From positions 744,001 through 808,000 of the forward strand of contig MU054323.1 in NCBI GenBank assembly GCA_013239625.1: DNA of 64,000 bases, in the 5' to 3' direction. Source of the stretch: Lama guanicoe (taxonomy: Eukaryota). The notes under the pieces were generated by a model. It ran no database searches and was not told the DNA's origin. It worked only from the letters and a program-made list of their open reading frames with translations. Below are positions 25,420 to 38,705 of the stretch, piece after piece; positions within the stretch are counted from its first letter, which is position 1; each line of letters opens with the position of its first letter. The position numbers and the translations under genes are program-made.

Positions 25420-26890
25420 CAAAAGCCTAAGGTGCCACCCACATCCTTACTGCAGGGAAGTTCTTTAGGCTAATATGTTAAAAGGAATGGAGAACACTGG
25501 AAAGACAAAATATGTCAGTAAATATAAAAGATCTATTAAGATTATAAATACAAACACACACATCTAAAAGACGATTGAGAGTTTAAAGTTGAAAAAAGAT
25601 ACTGCAATGAGGAGTTGATAGCATATGTACGTACATAGAAACAAAACACAGAACAAGGGCACAAAGGGTGGAAGGGTAGTGATTGGAAGTGTCCTGCGAT
25701 AAGTTTCTTAAATGCTTCATGAAGTAAAGAATACATTTTGAAGGCAGATGGCAATAGTTAAAGATGTCTATTGTCATCTCTAAAGGAAGCACCAAGAAGC
25801 ATAATTTTAAAAATCAGCAGAAAAGGCACAAGAGAATACTAAAAATTATGTGATTTATTCAAAAGGCAGGAAAAAGTTGAGAGAGAAACAAAAAGCAGAT
25901 ATAAAAAATGGAGATCAACACCAAGGTACACTCAAAGACAAGCATTAATTAAATGTATCTACAATAATTAAACATAGATGGACTAAACATGCCAGTTAAA
26001 AGGTAGATATTATCAGCTTGGATGAAAAAGCTCAGGCCAACTATGTGCTGTTTACGAGAAAGAAACACACCATAAAGATAAAGGAAGATAGGATAGAGCA
26101 ACGTGTACCACTGCAAACACTAAGCACAAGAAAGCTGTTATGGTTGGTCAAAATATGACATGCTTAAGGGTATATTTAACAAAAAAATATGCAGGACCTC
26201 TAAAAACTATAAAACACTGCTGAGTGCAATTAAAGAATATCTAAACAAATGGAAAGATGGACCATATTCATAGGTGGGAAGAATCAATATGGCCCAATGC
26301 CAATTCTCTCCAAACTGAGCTATAGATTTTACGTAATTATAATCAATATCTCAGCAAGAATTTTTGGTAGACATTAAGAGCTGATTATAAAAGACAAAAT
26401 TATTTAGAAAAATAAAGCTCGAATAGTCAAAACATCTTGAGAAAGAACAAAGTTGAAAGACTTACTCTTCCTGACTTTAAGACTTATGAGTTGTTACGTT
26501 TTGGTATTAATTCGTGAAATGTGAAAGGTTCAGAACTACGCCCACACATACTATAGTTAACCGATTTATGATAAGGGCATTAAAGCAATCCACTTGTGCT
26601 GGAATAATTTCATATCACAAGAAAGACGAAATAAGCCCAACATCTCTCTCACAACACATACAAAAATTAGCTCAGGATTGATCATTGATCTAAAGGTAAA
26701 GCTTAAAATTCCAAAGCTTTCCTGAGGAAGCATGGAATCTCTCTATGACTGTAGAACAGGCTGGGATTTCTTAAAATAGGCAGAGCATGCACTTACTATA
26801 AAAGGGAAAAAAATGATAAATCACACTTCATCAAAATTTAAAACTTCTGTTCATAGAAAGAAAAGAAGTCATGGGATGGAAAAAACAACA
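25420..26890 (+). mobile_element. Old, degenerate L1M-type LINE-1 fragment(s)
   Basis: A-rich plus strand with recognisable ORF2 endonuclease-start DNA (~25975-26060, GGACTAAACATGCCAGTTAAAAGG..CCAACTATGTGCTGTTTACGAGA) and post-RT DNA (~26205-26830, CTATAAAACACTGCTGAG..CTAAACAAATGGAAAGAT..CTTCATCAAAATTTAAAACTTCTG). No intact ORF. Confidence 0.8.
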
Positions 26891-29301
26891 ATAAAGAAAG
26901 ATGTTAAGCGACTGAGTAGAAACGTAGCATAAACTGCAGAACTCACTGCAAAGGTCAAACAAATTAAATCAGATCTACACAACTGGAAAACCTAAGGACA
27001 GATGTGTCTAATTTTCTATTATATTCTGACCCAGCTTAATTATATCTATTTGACCCAGTTCAATTATATTCCATCACTGACTTCAAAAAGAATATTCAAC
27101 ACTCCAAGTAGAGGTGCCACATGCATTTAAGCTGTTGTTACATGCTCCTCAGCCTTCCCCCCGCCCTCCACTGCTCACTCCTTAACTCTCTGCAGTCCAG
27201 CCTCTGTACTCATAGCAAGAAATCCTGAATCTGCTGGGCAGCTAGCTGCCCAACTCGTCATCCCCTTTTCAAGCCTTATCCTTCTGGACCACTTTGAGCA
27301 TTTGAATCCACTTACCCTCTCTCCTTCTTGAATGTCTGTGCTCTCCTGCTGCTAATCTAGCCTGATCTATTCTGTTCCTTCACATGGTCAGCACCTGTTA
27401 CTCGGGCTCATTCAGTGCCCTGAGCTCCGCGCTCAGTACAGGCTGAGCGCTGTCACCAAACCAAATGGGGCCCAGGCCCTGCCATCAGGAAATTCAGTTC
27501 AATAAGATGTGCCGCTTCCTCTTCCATGCAGCCTCTCCCCCGGATCCTCTAACTACTCAGCCTCCCCTTAAGCATAAGCACACCTGAATTCCCATCCGCT
27601 CAGCTCTGGCCTGTTCCAGTTTCCCCTCAGGGATTTCAATTATTCTCTTTGGAAAACTTCTATGTCTGTAGGAAAAAAAAAAACCTCATTGTTTAAAGTC
27701 CATTTCAAATGCCACCTTTGCAAGAAGACGGCTCTAATTCCGTCTACACTCATCTATTTCCTAAAATTAGATGCATGCTTTCTCCCTCTGCTAGTGGGCC
27801 ACGCCATGCCTCTCTTAAGCCCCTTATTTTATTTTGTCCTGAACTGTGTCCTACATCGTCCTCCACACCAGCCTGGGGCTTCACCGGGCAAAGCTTCCTC
27901 TTGTTTAGCTCTGTCTCCCGGATGCCACCTGGTTCACACGGATGCTCAGAACCATACTTGACATACTGTTACCGTACTGAGCAAAAATCTACAGACTCAA
28001 GGGAAAATCATAAGAACAGCAGGTCTTCCCCACCCTTCCAGCCCATCATCCTTTCTTGAAAGCCACCTTTAGGACGTAGCATTTGCAGGATTAAGAAACC
28101 AAATTAAAAAAAAAATTGTTTTTCATGACACGTCCTAGTTTGCAGATGATTAAGACTTCTCTCTCTAATCAGGAAGAGAGTCGTACTTCTTGGAAGCTGC
28201 CATTTGATAAGACTAAAAGGAAGCGAAGCAGAGAAAGGAGGAAAGCCAAAGACATCTGTGTTCCCATCTGAGTCCCCCAGCATTCCCTGTGTGACTTTAG
28301 TCCAGTAATTTATCTTCTCAGTCTCAGTGAAATAATGTTAATCTTTTCCTTGGGATTGAGGGGCAAATAAATAGGATTTTATACATTTCTATAAATGTAT
28401 AGTTTTATATTTTCCTTAAATACTACAGTTGTGATCCTAGTAATGAACCACCAGACACGGGAAGCTAGTCCACACTTCCCCCTCTTGAGGAAATTATAGT
28501 ATAGCTACAAATGGAGTTTTGGTACCATAAGCCATCATCAAAATTTAAGATTTTTAAATGTTCTCTTTGGCCACTGTGACCTTTCTTTAAATAAGATATA
28601 AAGAAAATGTCCAAAGTACAAGACTGAGCAGATCAGATCCTCGGGTTCTCAGAGAGAGAAAGAAAGGCCCCACTGCTACAGTTTGGGGGCAGGGGTTCCC
28701 CTGAGATGTCACCTTCGAACTCTGATGCTCCAGAGAACACCAGTTGAAAACTACTGCTTTAAATCCTTACAGATTTTATTTTTATCACTTTAAAAGACTT
28801 TAAAATTAGATTTGACAAAGAACTCAACACTATTCTTCACAGAGGCACGGAAAGCCAAAATTCAGGAACAGCTGGGTAGGCAAATGGGGCCAGTGAATTC
28901 TGGTAGGCATTGCAAGAAGCACGCATAGGTGTGTGGAGAATTCAGAGTTTCTAAAAAAGAAAAGGCATGTAACTCTTCTAGGTGTTTATATGTTGCCGAA
29001 GCGATGAGTGAAGACCACCATTTTGGTCTTTGTGGATGTTGAATGAAACAGTGTGAAGTGCAAATGTTAAGAAACGGAAAGGACCAATTAAAAAGGCAAG
29101 TAGTAAAATTAGGATGTTGGAATAATAGGTAATTTATTTTATAATAATTCTTTACAGTTATTAATAAATCTTTCTTTTAAAAACAAAACCAACAAAGATA
29201 TGTGTTTTGTAGAGGAGTAGCAAAGGTTACAGCAGTTAAAAAAGCCCATTCTTTTTGAAGTATCAAATCAATCTGGCTCTTGAACTCCCAGTTGTATCCT
29301 T

Positions 29302-29398
29302 ACCAAACCCAATCAGGCCTAGCCAAACCCAACCAAACCCAGCCAAACCCAGCCAAGCCCAACCAAACCCAACCACACCCAGTCAAACCCAGCCAAAC
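29302..29398. repeat. 10-bp minisatellite A(G/A)CCAAACCC, about 10 units
   Basis: taccaaaccc aatcaggcct agccaaaccc aaccaaaccc agccaaaccc agccaagccc aaccaaaccc aaccacaccc agtcaaaccc agccaaac. Confidence 0.9.
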
Positions 29399-30469
29399 AA
29401 TAAGAACAAAAACAGCAAAATGAGTTAAATCAGAAATGAGATCTCTTTCATTAAATGTAATCTAGAGTAAAAATTTTTTTCCGAATGCATGAGCTTTGGG
29501 GACACTTTCCTTTTCACGTAAGTATTTTAGATATATCATAGATTCTAAAAATGATACATCTAGCAAACTTTCACCTTTTGGTCTGCTGTATCTTGGAAGG
29601 GTCTTCTAGCATTTACTTAGAAAATCTCTGTGAAAAGTTTTAGTCTACATGTAAAGAAGTTCTAATTTATTTTTAATATAAATCAAATACTTGAAATATT
29701 CAAGTTTAAAGCAGATTACAGTTTGCAACAGATTGTGACTACTGGGACATAGTACATTTAACTGTGCTTGGTATTGGAACTGAAATTCAAAAAGAGGAGA
29801 ACCCAAGAGTCAATGTAGAATCATGAGCTTAGTTGATTAAATATGAGTATATCACTCATTTGTAAATATATTCAATCAAAAAAATAACAAGATGAGAATC
29901 TCTCTACTTATTCAGTCATGATTCATAGGCCATTCTACCTTAGGAAAAATATTTAAAGTTTTTGGTAAAAGAAACATAACCTTTCAGATGAAAGCAGTAT
30001 ATCTCAAAATCCTGAAACAGTTTTGTATTATCAAATAATACGTAAAGAACAGATAGAGATGACTAAAGAATAAATACTCTGTAAGTGTCATTTCTGGTAT
30101 CTATCATTTTTTCTTTCATGTCTAGTGATATTTGTTCTATGTTAATCTGTGCAAATTACTATGTATACCATTTTCCTTTAGAATATGACATTGTAATTCA
30201 TGAAAATTCTTAAGAAAATACATGATGATGATTTATGCTAGGGCTACAATAACTGACTGCTTCCAAAAATCAAAGAAAATCATGGGCATGTTAAAAAGAT
30301 GTTCTTTAGGGGTCTTTAAAAATATAAATGAAAAGGAAGGAAGGAATTAATCTCTGAAGATCCAGAAAGACATTTAGATGTGGTTTAAGTATCACACACA
30401 GTCTTTATAACTCCCCTGTCCACAAGCTATTATTTTCATCATTTCAGTCTTTTAATTTTGGGCACTTAC

Positions 30470-30539
30470 TTTCAAAATCCAGGAAAAAATGTGGGTAGTT
30501 TTCAATTTCCCGGGTAAGGACTTTGAGCAGGTTTCCCAT
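30470..30539 (-). CDS. CYRIA: CYRI-A coding exon 1 ([23 protein letters not shown] + 1 nt); whole exon 30470-30549 includes 10 nt of 5' UTR
   Basis: Minus strand ctcctag|GTTTGCTGGG ATG GGA AAC CTG...TTT GAA A|gtaagt. Strong Kozak context (G at -3, G at +4). Gly2 N-myristoylation-type start. 70 nt coding. Confidence 0.97.
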
Positions 30540-32324
30540 CCCAGCAAACCTAGGAGAGGCAACACAAAACCAAATACCATTAGCAGTTTAAAGAACAGAC
30601 TTCTTAAAGGACTGGACTTAACTGACTAACTTGCATAAACACCACTGGACCCCTACAACCACATCTGAAGACCCAAGAGAAAGCATCTTTATACTGGGTG
30701 ACAAGTGATAACTCAGCAACTATTTTTTACTCAAAGAACCAGGTATGTTAGTTACAGGAGGCAGAGTTTAGGTACATTCTACAAAATGTTTCCTTTTCCC
30801 CTTCACGAATCCCCTGAATCCTTACAGTTAATATTTCAGCTTTGTTTGTTTCTGTTCCATTGATGTGGGAACATACCATGTCAATAGACAAGCAGAACAG
30901 AGACGTCATTATTAAACTATTTGTCCAGAAAGGTAAGTTTCTTATAGTTTCCGAGGAAAAGAGTTTAGAAAACACAGAAACCCCTCTTAGCCCATATAGG
31001 AGGTTGTGTTTCTCAGAGGAGTAACCCCCAGGCTCCTGCAATTTGACATTTCAATGGTAATGACATTAGGTACTTCGTGAACTGTAAAAATGAAAAGGTG
31101 TAACATCCAGAAAATTATTCTCAATGAAATTTTAGCCTGGAGCATTTGCAAGGGTAAATCAAATCTACAGAGAAATTTGTTACATATCTGCATCTCAACC
31201 TAAAAAACAAAAGAATAGGGAAAATGTAGTTATTATTAAAGTTTCTACTGCCCTCTGCTCTAGACATTAAAGCATCTTCAGAAGGCCACTTGACCATTCA
31301 TTCATTCCATACATATTTATGGAGCTGCAATTTGATGCTGGGTGCTGTGCTCTTAAGAAGGCATTTCTCTAAATCCCTTAAAAATACTGAAAAAATGAGT
31401 TGGGAAGAGGATGGAATAGATACTTCTCAGACTTCACCCATCTTGAATTATATGAGTATTTGCACATGCATGCACATATATGTACACACACACATACACA
31501 CACACTAAGAGGTAAACACCATGCTTCTCTCTTTCAAAAGAATCTTTCTTATTCTTTCTGTCATTCTTTTCTTCCCCTTTTGCCTTTATGCACGTTTCCT
31601 TTTAAGATATTTTTGAGCGAAGCCCTGTATGTGATGGGTTCTGACAAGTTAAAATTCGGAACTGGTATGGTCCATCCCTGCCACAGGGCAGCAATCACAA
31701 ACCCTCCTGGGTCTGCAGGAAACAATCTGTTTCCAATTTAACGAACAATTCCAACTCAGACCCGGAGGCACTTCCTGCAGGAAGATGATTCTGCTGTTCA
31801 GCAGCAGCCCTGACTTTCACATAAAATGCCTTAATGGAAGCTAAATATTCTTAATTTCCCTAGTTTTGTGCTATTAACGTGTCACAAGAGAGCTGAATGA
31901 ATTTAGCTTCCTCCTAAAAGTCTGTCTTGTGTATGATTTTATTGTCAGAGTACCTGGGTGGGAAATACATTAAGCCTTTAAAATTAGTAACAGACTGACA
32001 CAAACACACGTGGAAAGACGTCCAAATATTAGCTGGCTGCAGAGTTCTTGCTGTTCAAAAGGTTACTTAAGCTGGCTAGCTGACGTGGTCAAATATTTTG
32101 AAACACGATTCTAACAACAACCAAGGGCAATTCACTGGAACTATTCTAGGTGTATTCCGATGGTTCACATCCCAGACAGGAACTATCTGGAACAACAATG
32201 ATTACGGGGCCTTATGCAGTCTTAGGGGTCAAGCCCAGTCTTACGGAACCTAGAAAACGCATTTCAATACAAGCTCCTCGAATAAGGACAGAAATAGTTC
32301 ATCTCCTTCGTGGCAAATAAATGA

Positions 32325-32359
32325 ATACATACATACATACATACATACATACATACATA
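32325..32359. repeat. (ATAC)n tetranucleotide microsatellite
   Basis: Direct reading. Confidence 0.95.
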
Positions 32360-32948
32360 ACTACAGCTTACTGCTCCTCTCCAAGGTGGACAAGAATTCA
32401 CAGGAGGATATTCTGGTTTAAGGACTGTAAAGTGGGTTAGCATCACACAAGTGGTCACTGGATAGAGGCCATGCTTGTTTTTAATTGGATCTAGGGCTCC
32501 ACTTGGGAAGACCCCCCCACCCACGGAAGTTTCACTGCACCGCCAACCACCAGCCATATTCCTCATGACAGAGACTCTCCAATCTTTTCAAACAGCTCTT
32601 ACGTGCATGCCAAATACATTTCTGGAAGCCACGTTACTAGTGAGATGGCTTCGTTAATTAATGAGGATTTTTAAAAAATACTTTATCTTGTTCAATAAAA
32701 AAAAAACTTTCAGATAATCCATTATACACTATTAAAGAAAGCAAATGCTTACATAATGAAAATGGGGGGAACAGGAAAATAAAAGTAGAATATTAAAATA
32801 AAGGCAGAGAGGCAAGTACTACATGAATTACGTGACATCCAGGGCACAAGATTTTCACATTTGCTGAAGATGACATCGATTTGGATCTAAGCTTCTGACA
32901 GAAAAAGCAAAGAAAAAAAATACCTTTCAAGATTTGGTGTTCAGAAAA

Positions 32949-32990
32949 TTATCCTACAGAAGTACACACAGGTTATCCTACAGAAGTACA
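32949..32990. repeat. Local duplication: TTATCCTACAGAAGTACA x2 with a 6-bp spacer
   Basis: Copies at 32949-32966 and 32973-32990. Confidence 0.9.
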
Positions 32991-35222
32991 GCTTTTATTT
33001 TATTTTATTTTTAAAGGAAAAAGTGATCATGGCTAAGAGAGAGTTGAGACAAAGAGGAATGTCCTCCAGCTAAGTGTAGGCTGACACGTATCTGCAGATG
33101 AGCAAGTCTCAGAGCTCCCGTGAGCACGGCAGTGGTTTCACAGCCAGTGGGTGGAAGAGGAACCTGGTTGGGAGTCCAGAGCTGTATTTAGGGAAGCTGG
33201 GAACTCTGGTTTCCACGTTCTTTTCAGTGACTCCATGGCTACACTTCTAATGTGACCTGCTACTGGGTCAATCCCAGGGAACTTGCCAGCTACCTGCAGC
33301 TCTCTCCTACGGGGCGGGGGCTTATATCAGAGAGAATACGGCAATCCAGCAAGTGCTCTGGGCCCCTTGGGAGGATCTAGACCTGCGTTCCTTAAAACGA
33401 TGATTCTTGCCAGTTCCTACAGTTAAAGATGCTGCTTCTGTAAGCTCAAAGGATATGAAAGGTCTCCCCAATATTACAGGAGAGGAAGGAGCACCAATTT
33501 GAAGAATTACAGCAAAAATTATAGATGCAAAAGTACTAAAATACTAGAAATACAATCACAAAGGAAGATGATAAGAGGATTCCAGGCATAAAATAGCTCA
33601 AGCAATAATTTATAAAGCATGTTTATTATTTTAAACTAGTGGGTTGTCTGTATTAGAAAGTTTAGGCTTATTGTCTCACACACACACACACACAATGTTC
33701 CCCTTGACATCTCCCGAGATCATCTTAAAGTGAAGCCTCCCCAGGACATGACACAGCTATAGGGGGGCACATAAGTGCTGCGGGATCTGAACTCGCTCCC
33801 CAGGGGAAGGTCTTGTAGGGGCGAGCAAGGGAAGGGCGTAAGATTTTGTCTCCAAGATGAAGAGAGAGGGAAGGATGCGCCAGTTAGGTAAGGACTCAGG
33901 AAGGGACAGGCCCTGCAAATACACTCTGGCTCGTTCCCGAGATGTCTCCCCTAGACTGGCATTGCAAGGTGCCCTTCTCTTCATATGGCCACTCCGGGTG
34001 GCCTTCTGCTCTTCAAGTCACCAGTCTTCCTCCATGACTGGTTCTCCAAGGCTGCCCCTTCTCTACCGAAGTGAAGGAGCGTGGGCACCTGGGCCCTTGG
34101 CGTGATGGCTTCAGCTCTTTGCTGGGCCTGTTTTCCCACGGCTTTGTTGGCTGGGACTTACTGATAAAGATGGAAACACAGTCTTGAGGATTTGTAGCAG
34201 AGAGCAGGCCAAAATAACAACGTGGCCTACTGATGCTCTCAAAAGATACAGGGTGTAAGTGGTGAGTGATGAGACCCAAACAAATGTGAAACACCGTCTC
34301 GCCCGACCCCCATTATTCTGGAGCAAGTCATTTTAGCTATGAGTCTGTGTTCCTCACCTGCAACAACAATAATATAATCATCTCTTCTGCATGAGATTCC
34401 TCCAAGGACTATTGGAATGAGTATAAAAGCACTGTATAGAATACTGTAAAATGCTGCACAAATATTAGCTATAATTATTCAGCATGGCAACTCATTCTAT
34501 GGTTTAAGATATTCAGGGAATCAAAGAATTATAACATCCTCAGAATCATATAAGTGGCACTTTTCTTTATCTTTCAACTTTGGTCTCCCAAGATCCATGA
34601 TTCTTCATGCAAACTGCTTTAATATGAAGCCATAATCAGGTAAATATTCAAAGGTATTAATGGTTAGCACCACAGGAAACTCTCCTACATGTCAAACGCT
34701 GTATTATAAACACATTTTCTTATTTTTATCTTCAAAATATACCTAGGAAAAAGATATATTTTTTAGGACTTAGAAAATTTAAATTTATTAAAGTTAAATA
34801 TGGAAGCTGCTTAAAACTATAAATCCCTATGAAGCAAAGCTAAATTTTCAAATGAACAATATTTATGTAAGTTTGTGGTAATTAGATACTGGGATCTTCA
34901 GATAACTCTATGTAAGTTAATTCTCATTTTTCAACACAAAAATCTCAAGCATAAATAAATGCTTTTGAAAATAGCATTGGGGAGGTCATTCTTTTAGTAA
35001 ATTCTCAAAAAAAATCACCAAAAACTGAAAATTTTAACCAAATGATTGTGTCCGTGTTTACCCCATTTCATGAACATAGCATAAAATCTAAGGAAAACAC
35101 AAATATCTAACGAAGAAAGTCCTGCCAAAAGGGCTCATGAAATATGTGTAATTGGAAAAGGAAGAAATGTCAAAGGACAAAGGGGTAACATATAGATTTT
35201 CCAGCAATCAAGAGAGGCTCGA

Positions 35223-35384
35223 GGAGGGAGGGTGTAGTTCAGAGGTAGGGTGGGTATGTGGCATGCACGAAGTCCTGGGTTCAATCCCCAGTACCTCCAT
35301 TAAAACAAACAAACAAACAAACAAACAAACAAACAAACAAACCTAATTACCTTCCTCCAAAATAAAAAAAATAAAAAATAAAAA
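35223..35384 (+). mobile_element. tRNA-derived SINE, Vic-1 type (camelid)
   Basis: GGGAGGGTGTAGTTCAGAGGTAG head, B box GGTTCAATCCC (35278-35288), CAGTACCTCCATTAAA, (AAAC)n linker, ACCTAATTACC and an A-rich tail. Confidence 0.85.
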
Positions 35385-35904
35385 CAGAGGGGTTTGAGAT
35401 CATGGTCTGCTCTGGTCCCAGGAGACCTGGTTTACCTTCCTCAACACTGACTCTTGTGGTGACAGTCATCTACCTAAACAAAAGGAACAATCAAACTCCT
35501 CTTCCAAGAAAAGAGAATCTGATAACAGTTTGGTGGGAAGTTTTTTTCTTCCCTCTTTGGTTTTCTCATAAAAACACCATCTTTAATAAGTGCCCTGAGA
35601 GAATGAGTCAATCACTGGGTGACACCCTGAATACCGGGGGGGCACGTGGGGGTGGGGTACGCAATGACAGAAGCCACGGCCGTAGCTCAGGAGATACACA
35701 TTCTGTGCAGGGAGACAACACAGGTTTAACTTAAGAATGTAATCAACCTGGAAGCACCGAACAGGCTTCTGACGAGTGGTAAGTGCTCTAAAATGTGAAC
35801 TGAATGTGGAAGTAGTGGCACATACTTGATATACATTAAGTGCCACTCTGAGTGATGATGACTACGACGATGATGATTATAGATGAGAGGGACGAGAACA
35901 TTCA

Positions 35905-36105
35905 CCTTTTACTGAGTGCCCACTGCGTGCCTGGCTTTCACACACTTAAGTTCACACAAACCTTACAGCAGCCCTTCAGGTAGCTGTAATTATCTCCATT
36001 TACTGGAAGAAAAAGAGGCTCAGACGGATCTTTCTGAAGATGACAAGAGAATAAAAAGTCGAGTCACATTTGAGCTTGAGAGTCTGGGAACCCAAAGTCC
36101 ATCCT
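35905..36105 (-). mobile_element. MIR fragment
   Basis: TTTACTGAGTGCCCACTGCGTGCCTGGC..ATCTCCATTTACTGGAAGAAAAAGAGGCTCAGA..TTTGAGCTTGAG. Confidence 0.6.
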
Positions 36106-38489
36106 CTTTTCTGCAGAGGAGGAGACCTGGGGTTCCAGACCTCTACGAGGTCCCTGTTTGGGGACTTCGCGAGTCCGTGGTCTGCAGAAAGTGCAGACAG
36201 AATAGTATAGTATTGTATATACATGTTCCTTTTTCTGGGGAGCGAGTCTGTAGTTTCGGTTAGATTCCCAAGTGCCTGCTCTGTGCTAGTACTGCTCTGT
36301 CATGCACAGGGAAAGACAGATTTCTTTAGGAATTCAGAAAACAGACAAGACCAGGCGGGTGGAGTCTCCGGAAAAGTTAGCTTCATGTAGGACGTGAGCT
36401 GCTACCCAGGCAAGAAGGACTGGGGGAATCTGGACCGGCCAAGAGGAGGCCTCCAGCTGGGGGGTCGGGAGTGAGAAGGGCTCAGCAGACGCAAGCTGGG
36501 TGACCCCTTAAGTCTTCCCAAAACCGAGGCTTATTCCTCAAGGTTCATTTACAAAACTATAGCTTTGAAGCAGGTCCTTCCTTTCACATTTTTTCCCAAA
36601 CTGTCTAGAATGTGGGCCGTTTCTCTAGTCACTGCAAGAGTGCTAATAACATTTTAAGACTGCTTGCATGTCCCCGCCACGGGATGCTCTCCTCTCCCAG
36701 GGGTGACAATTAGGGATGCATTCATGGTATTTTCTATGACTACTTTCTTGGCTGTGAGCTCAGAACCACTTCCAAGAGAGTTGGCTCTAAGGCTGCTCAG
36801 TCGAAAACGATGATTCTCTAGAAAAAAAAAGAAATTGTTTTCAGCTAACATTTCAGTTCCAAAAAAGAAGAAAATCAAAGCCTGTGCCCACGCACAGGCA
36901 CACGTGCACGTGCGCACACACACACACACACACATATTTTTCCTCTGTTTAGAACTGTTTTTATTTGGAAGAAAAAAGCTTAAATAACAGGATTACCTGT
37001 ATTCCCACAGTGTAAAATCAAATAAAATCAAGCAGGGATGGTTTTTAAAAAAATGTGGTCATCACTGGGGAGGAAATGTATGTATTTATGATAAGTGAAA
37101 CATAGCAAAGGACTCAGGCTGCAGGCACTGTGAATGCTGACCTTTGCCCGGGAACACCAGGATTTCAGGGCCTAATTCTCATGATTAGAGAACAAGCACT
37201 TAAAAGATTTCTTTTGCATCTATAACTACTGAAAAGGAGAATTCCTAAGCCAACACCATCTTTAATCACTAATAAATAGACAGTGAGAAAAACAGAACAG
37301 CAGCTCTACATGATTTTATTGGCTAATAGTCTTCTTAAGGTTAAAGATGACAAATACTCACTGCCCCTACCAGAAGAGATGGTGTAGGTTAGCACTTTGA
37401 ATGAGCCAAACTCTTCCAGAATCCGTAAGTTTTTGAATCCCTGGTACCAAGATGTTAAGAAATCAAAGACTTAGATTTTTTTTTTACCTATAATGCAATA
37501 TTTCGAGGATTACAAAGTCCTGATGGAGACTAATATTCTTCTGCAACAAGAGAGCACATACGCCCCAGACCAGTTATAAAGACAACAATGACACATATTT
37601 ATACAATATCGCATCTTTGTCAGAGATGTGCTAGGCTCATTTATCCTCAACAAAAACGTGGGTCAAAGGTGAGGAAGGTGATATTGGACCCATTTTATGG
37701 ATCAGATCTTGTGGGTCAGGTAGAGTAGGTGTCTTTTCCAAAGTCCTCCAGACTAAATATCATGAGAACACATTCTCCATTAGAACTGGGGGCATCTTTT
37801 TAAAGCTCTTATTTTACAAAAAAAAAAAAAAAAAAAGGAAAAAAAATGCGCTTTCCAAGGACCCACAGTACCTTAGGGACCAGAAGGGAGGTGTCCTGGC
37901 TTTCAATATCTTGCTCTGTCCACTAACAGGAAAAGTAAATGGGACATCGGATTCTTTTTTTAAAACATAAAAACAGAAGGTGCAGTGTTACTGCTGTCAC
38001 AGGACAGTCTCTGCTCCTTGTTGGCAGGGTCTCACCAGAACATGCTGAACAGCTACTTAACAAGGACACCCCCACTGGTGGCCCATGACATCGTGTCCAC
38101 TTCCTTCCTTCCCTGCCTTGCTGATCCTAATTCAGACCCTCAGCAGAGCTTGCCTGCATCCTGCAAAGAGCCTCCAGACCACCCCTCTGGACTCCAGTCT
38201 CATCTCCCTCCCATTCATGCCTGGCTTTCTAAACACAAGTCTCATCATATTACTTCCTTGCTTAATATGCTTCTGTGGCTCCACAGGGCCCACAGGATAT
38301 AACAGATCCCAATGTGGGCACTGGGTCCAGAAAACCTAGCCTCTGGCCTCTGCCCATCTCCTTGGGTCTCTCTGTCTCTCGTGCCCCTGGCCCCACACTT
38401 TAGCCATACCCTGCACTTCTCTAAAGCAGTCTCCTCTTTACTGCCCCAGGGTCCCTGCCCCTGCCACTCCTTCTGTTTACAACTATAAT

Positions 38490-38705
38490 GACAGCTAACA
38501 TTGTTTAATGATCTGCAGGCCATGGTGATGAGGGCTTTCCAAGTCTTAGCCTATTTTAATTTCCACAGTCAGCATATGAGGTAGGAAGTGTTGTTATCGC
38601 AATTGGAGAGATAAAGAAATAATCTTGGAGATTTAAAAAGTTTCTCAAGCCTGCAAGTGGCAGAGCTGGGTCAGGAATCCAATTGCACCTGACTTCTAAG
38701 CGCAG
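38490..38705 (-). mobile_element. MIR fragment
   Basis: ACAGCTAACATT..ATTTTAATTTCCACAG..ATGAGGTAGG..AAGTGGCAGAGCTGGG. Confidence 0.6.

Noticed and set aside
29302..29398. Regular repeat array considered as CRISPR-like, telomeric or switch-region DNA
   Set aside because: No unique spacers, not TTAGGG, and too short. It is a simple minisatellite in a mammalian intron.
35223..35300. tRNA-like sequence
   Set aside because: It is the head of a SINE with a mutated A box and SINE body/tail, not a tRNA gene.
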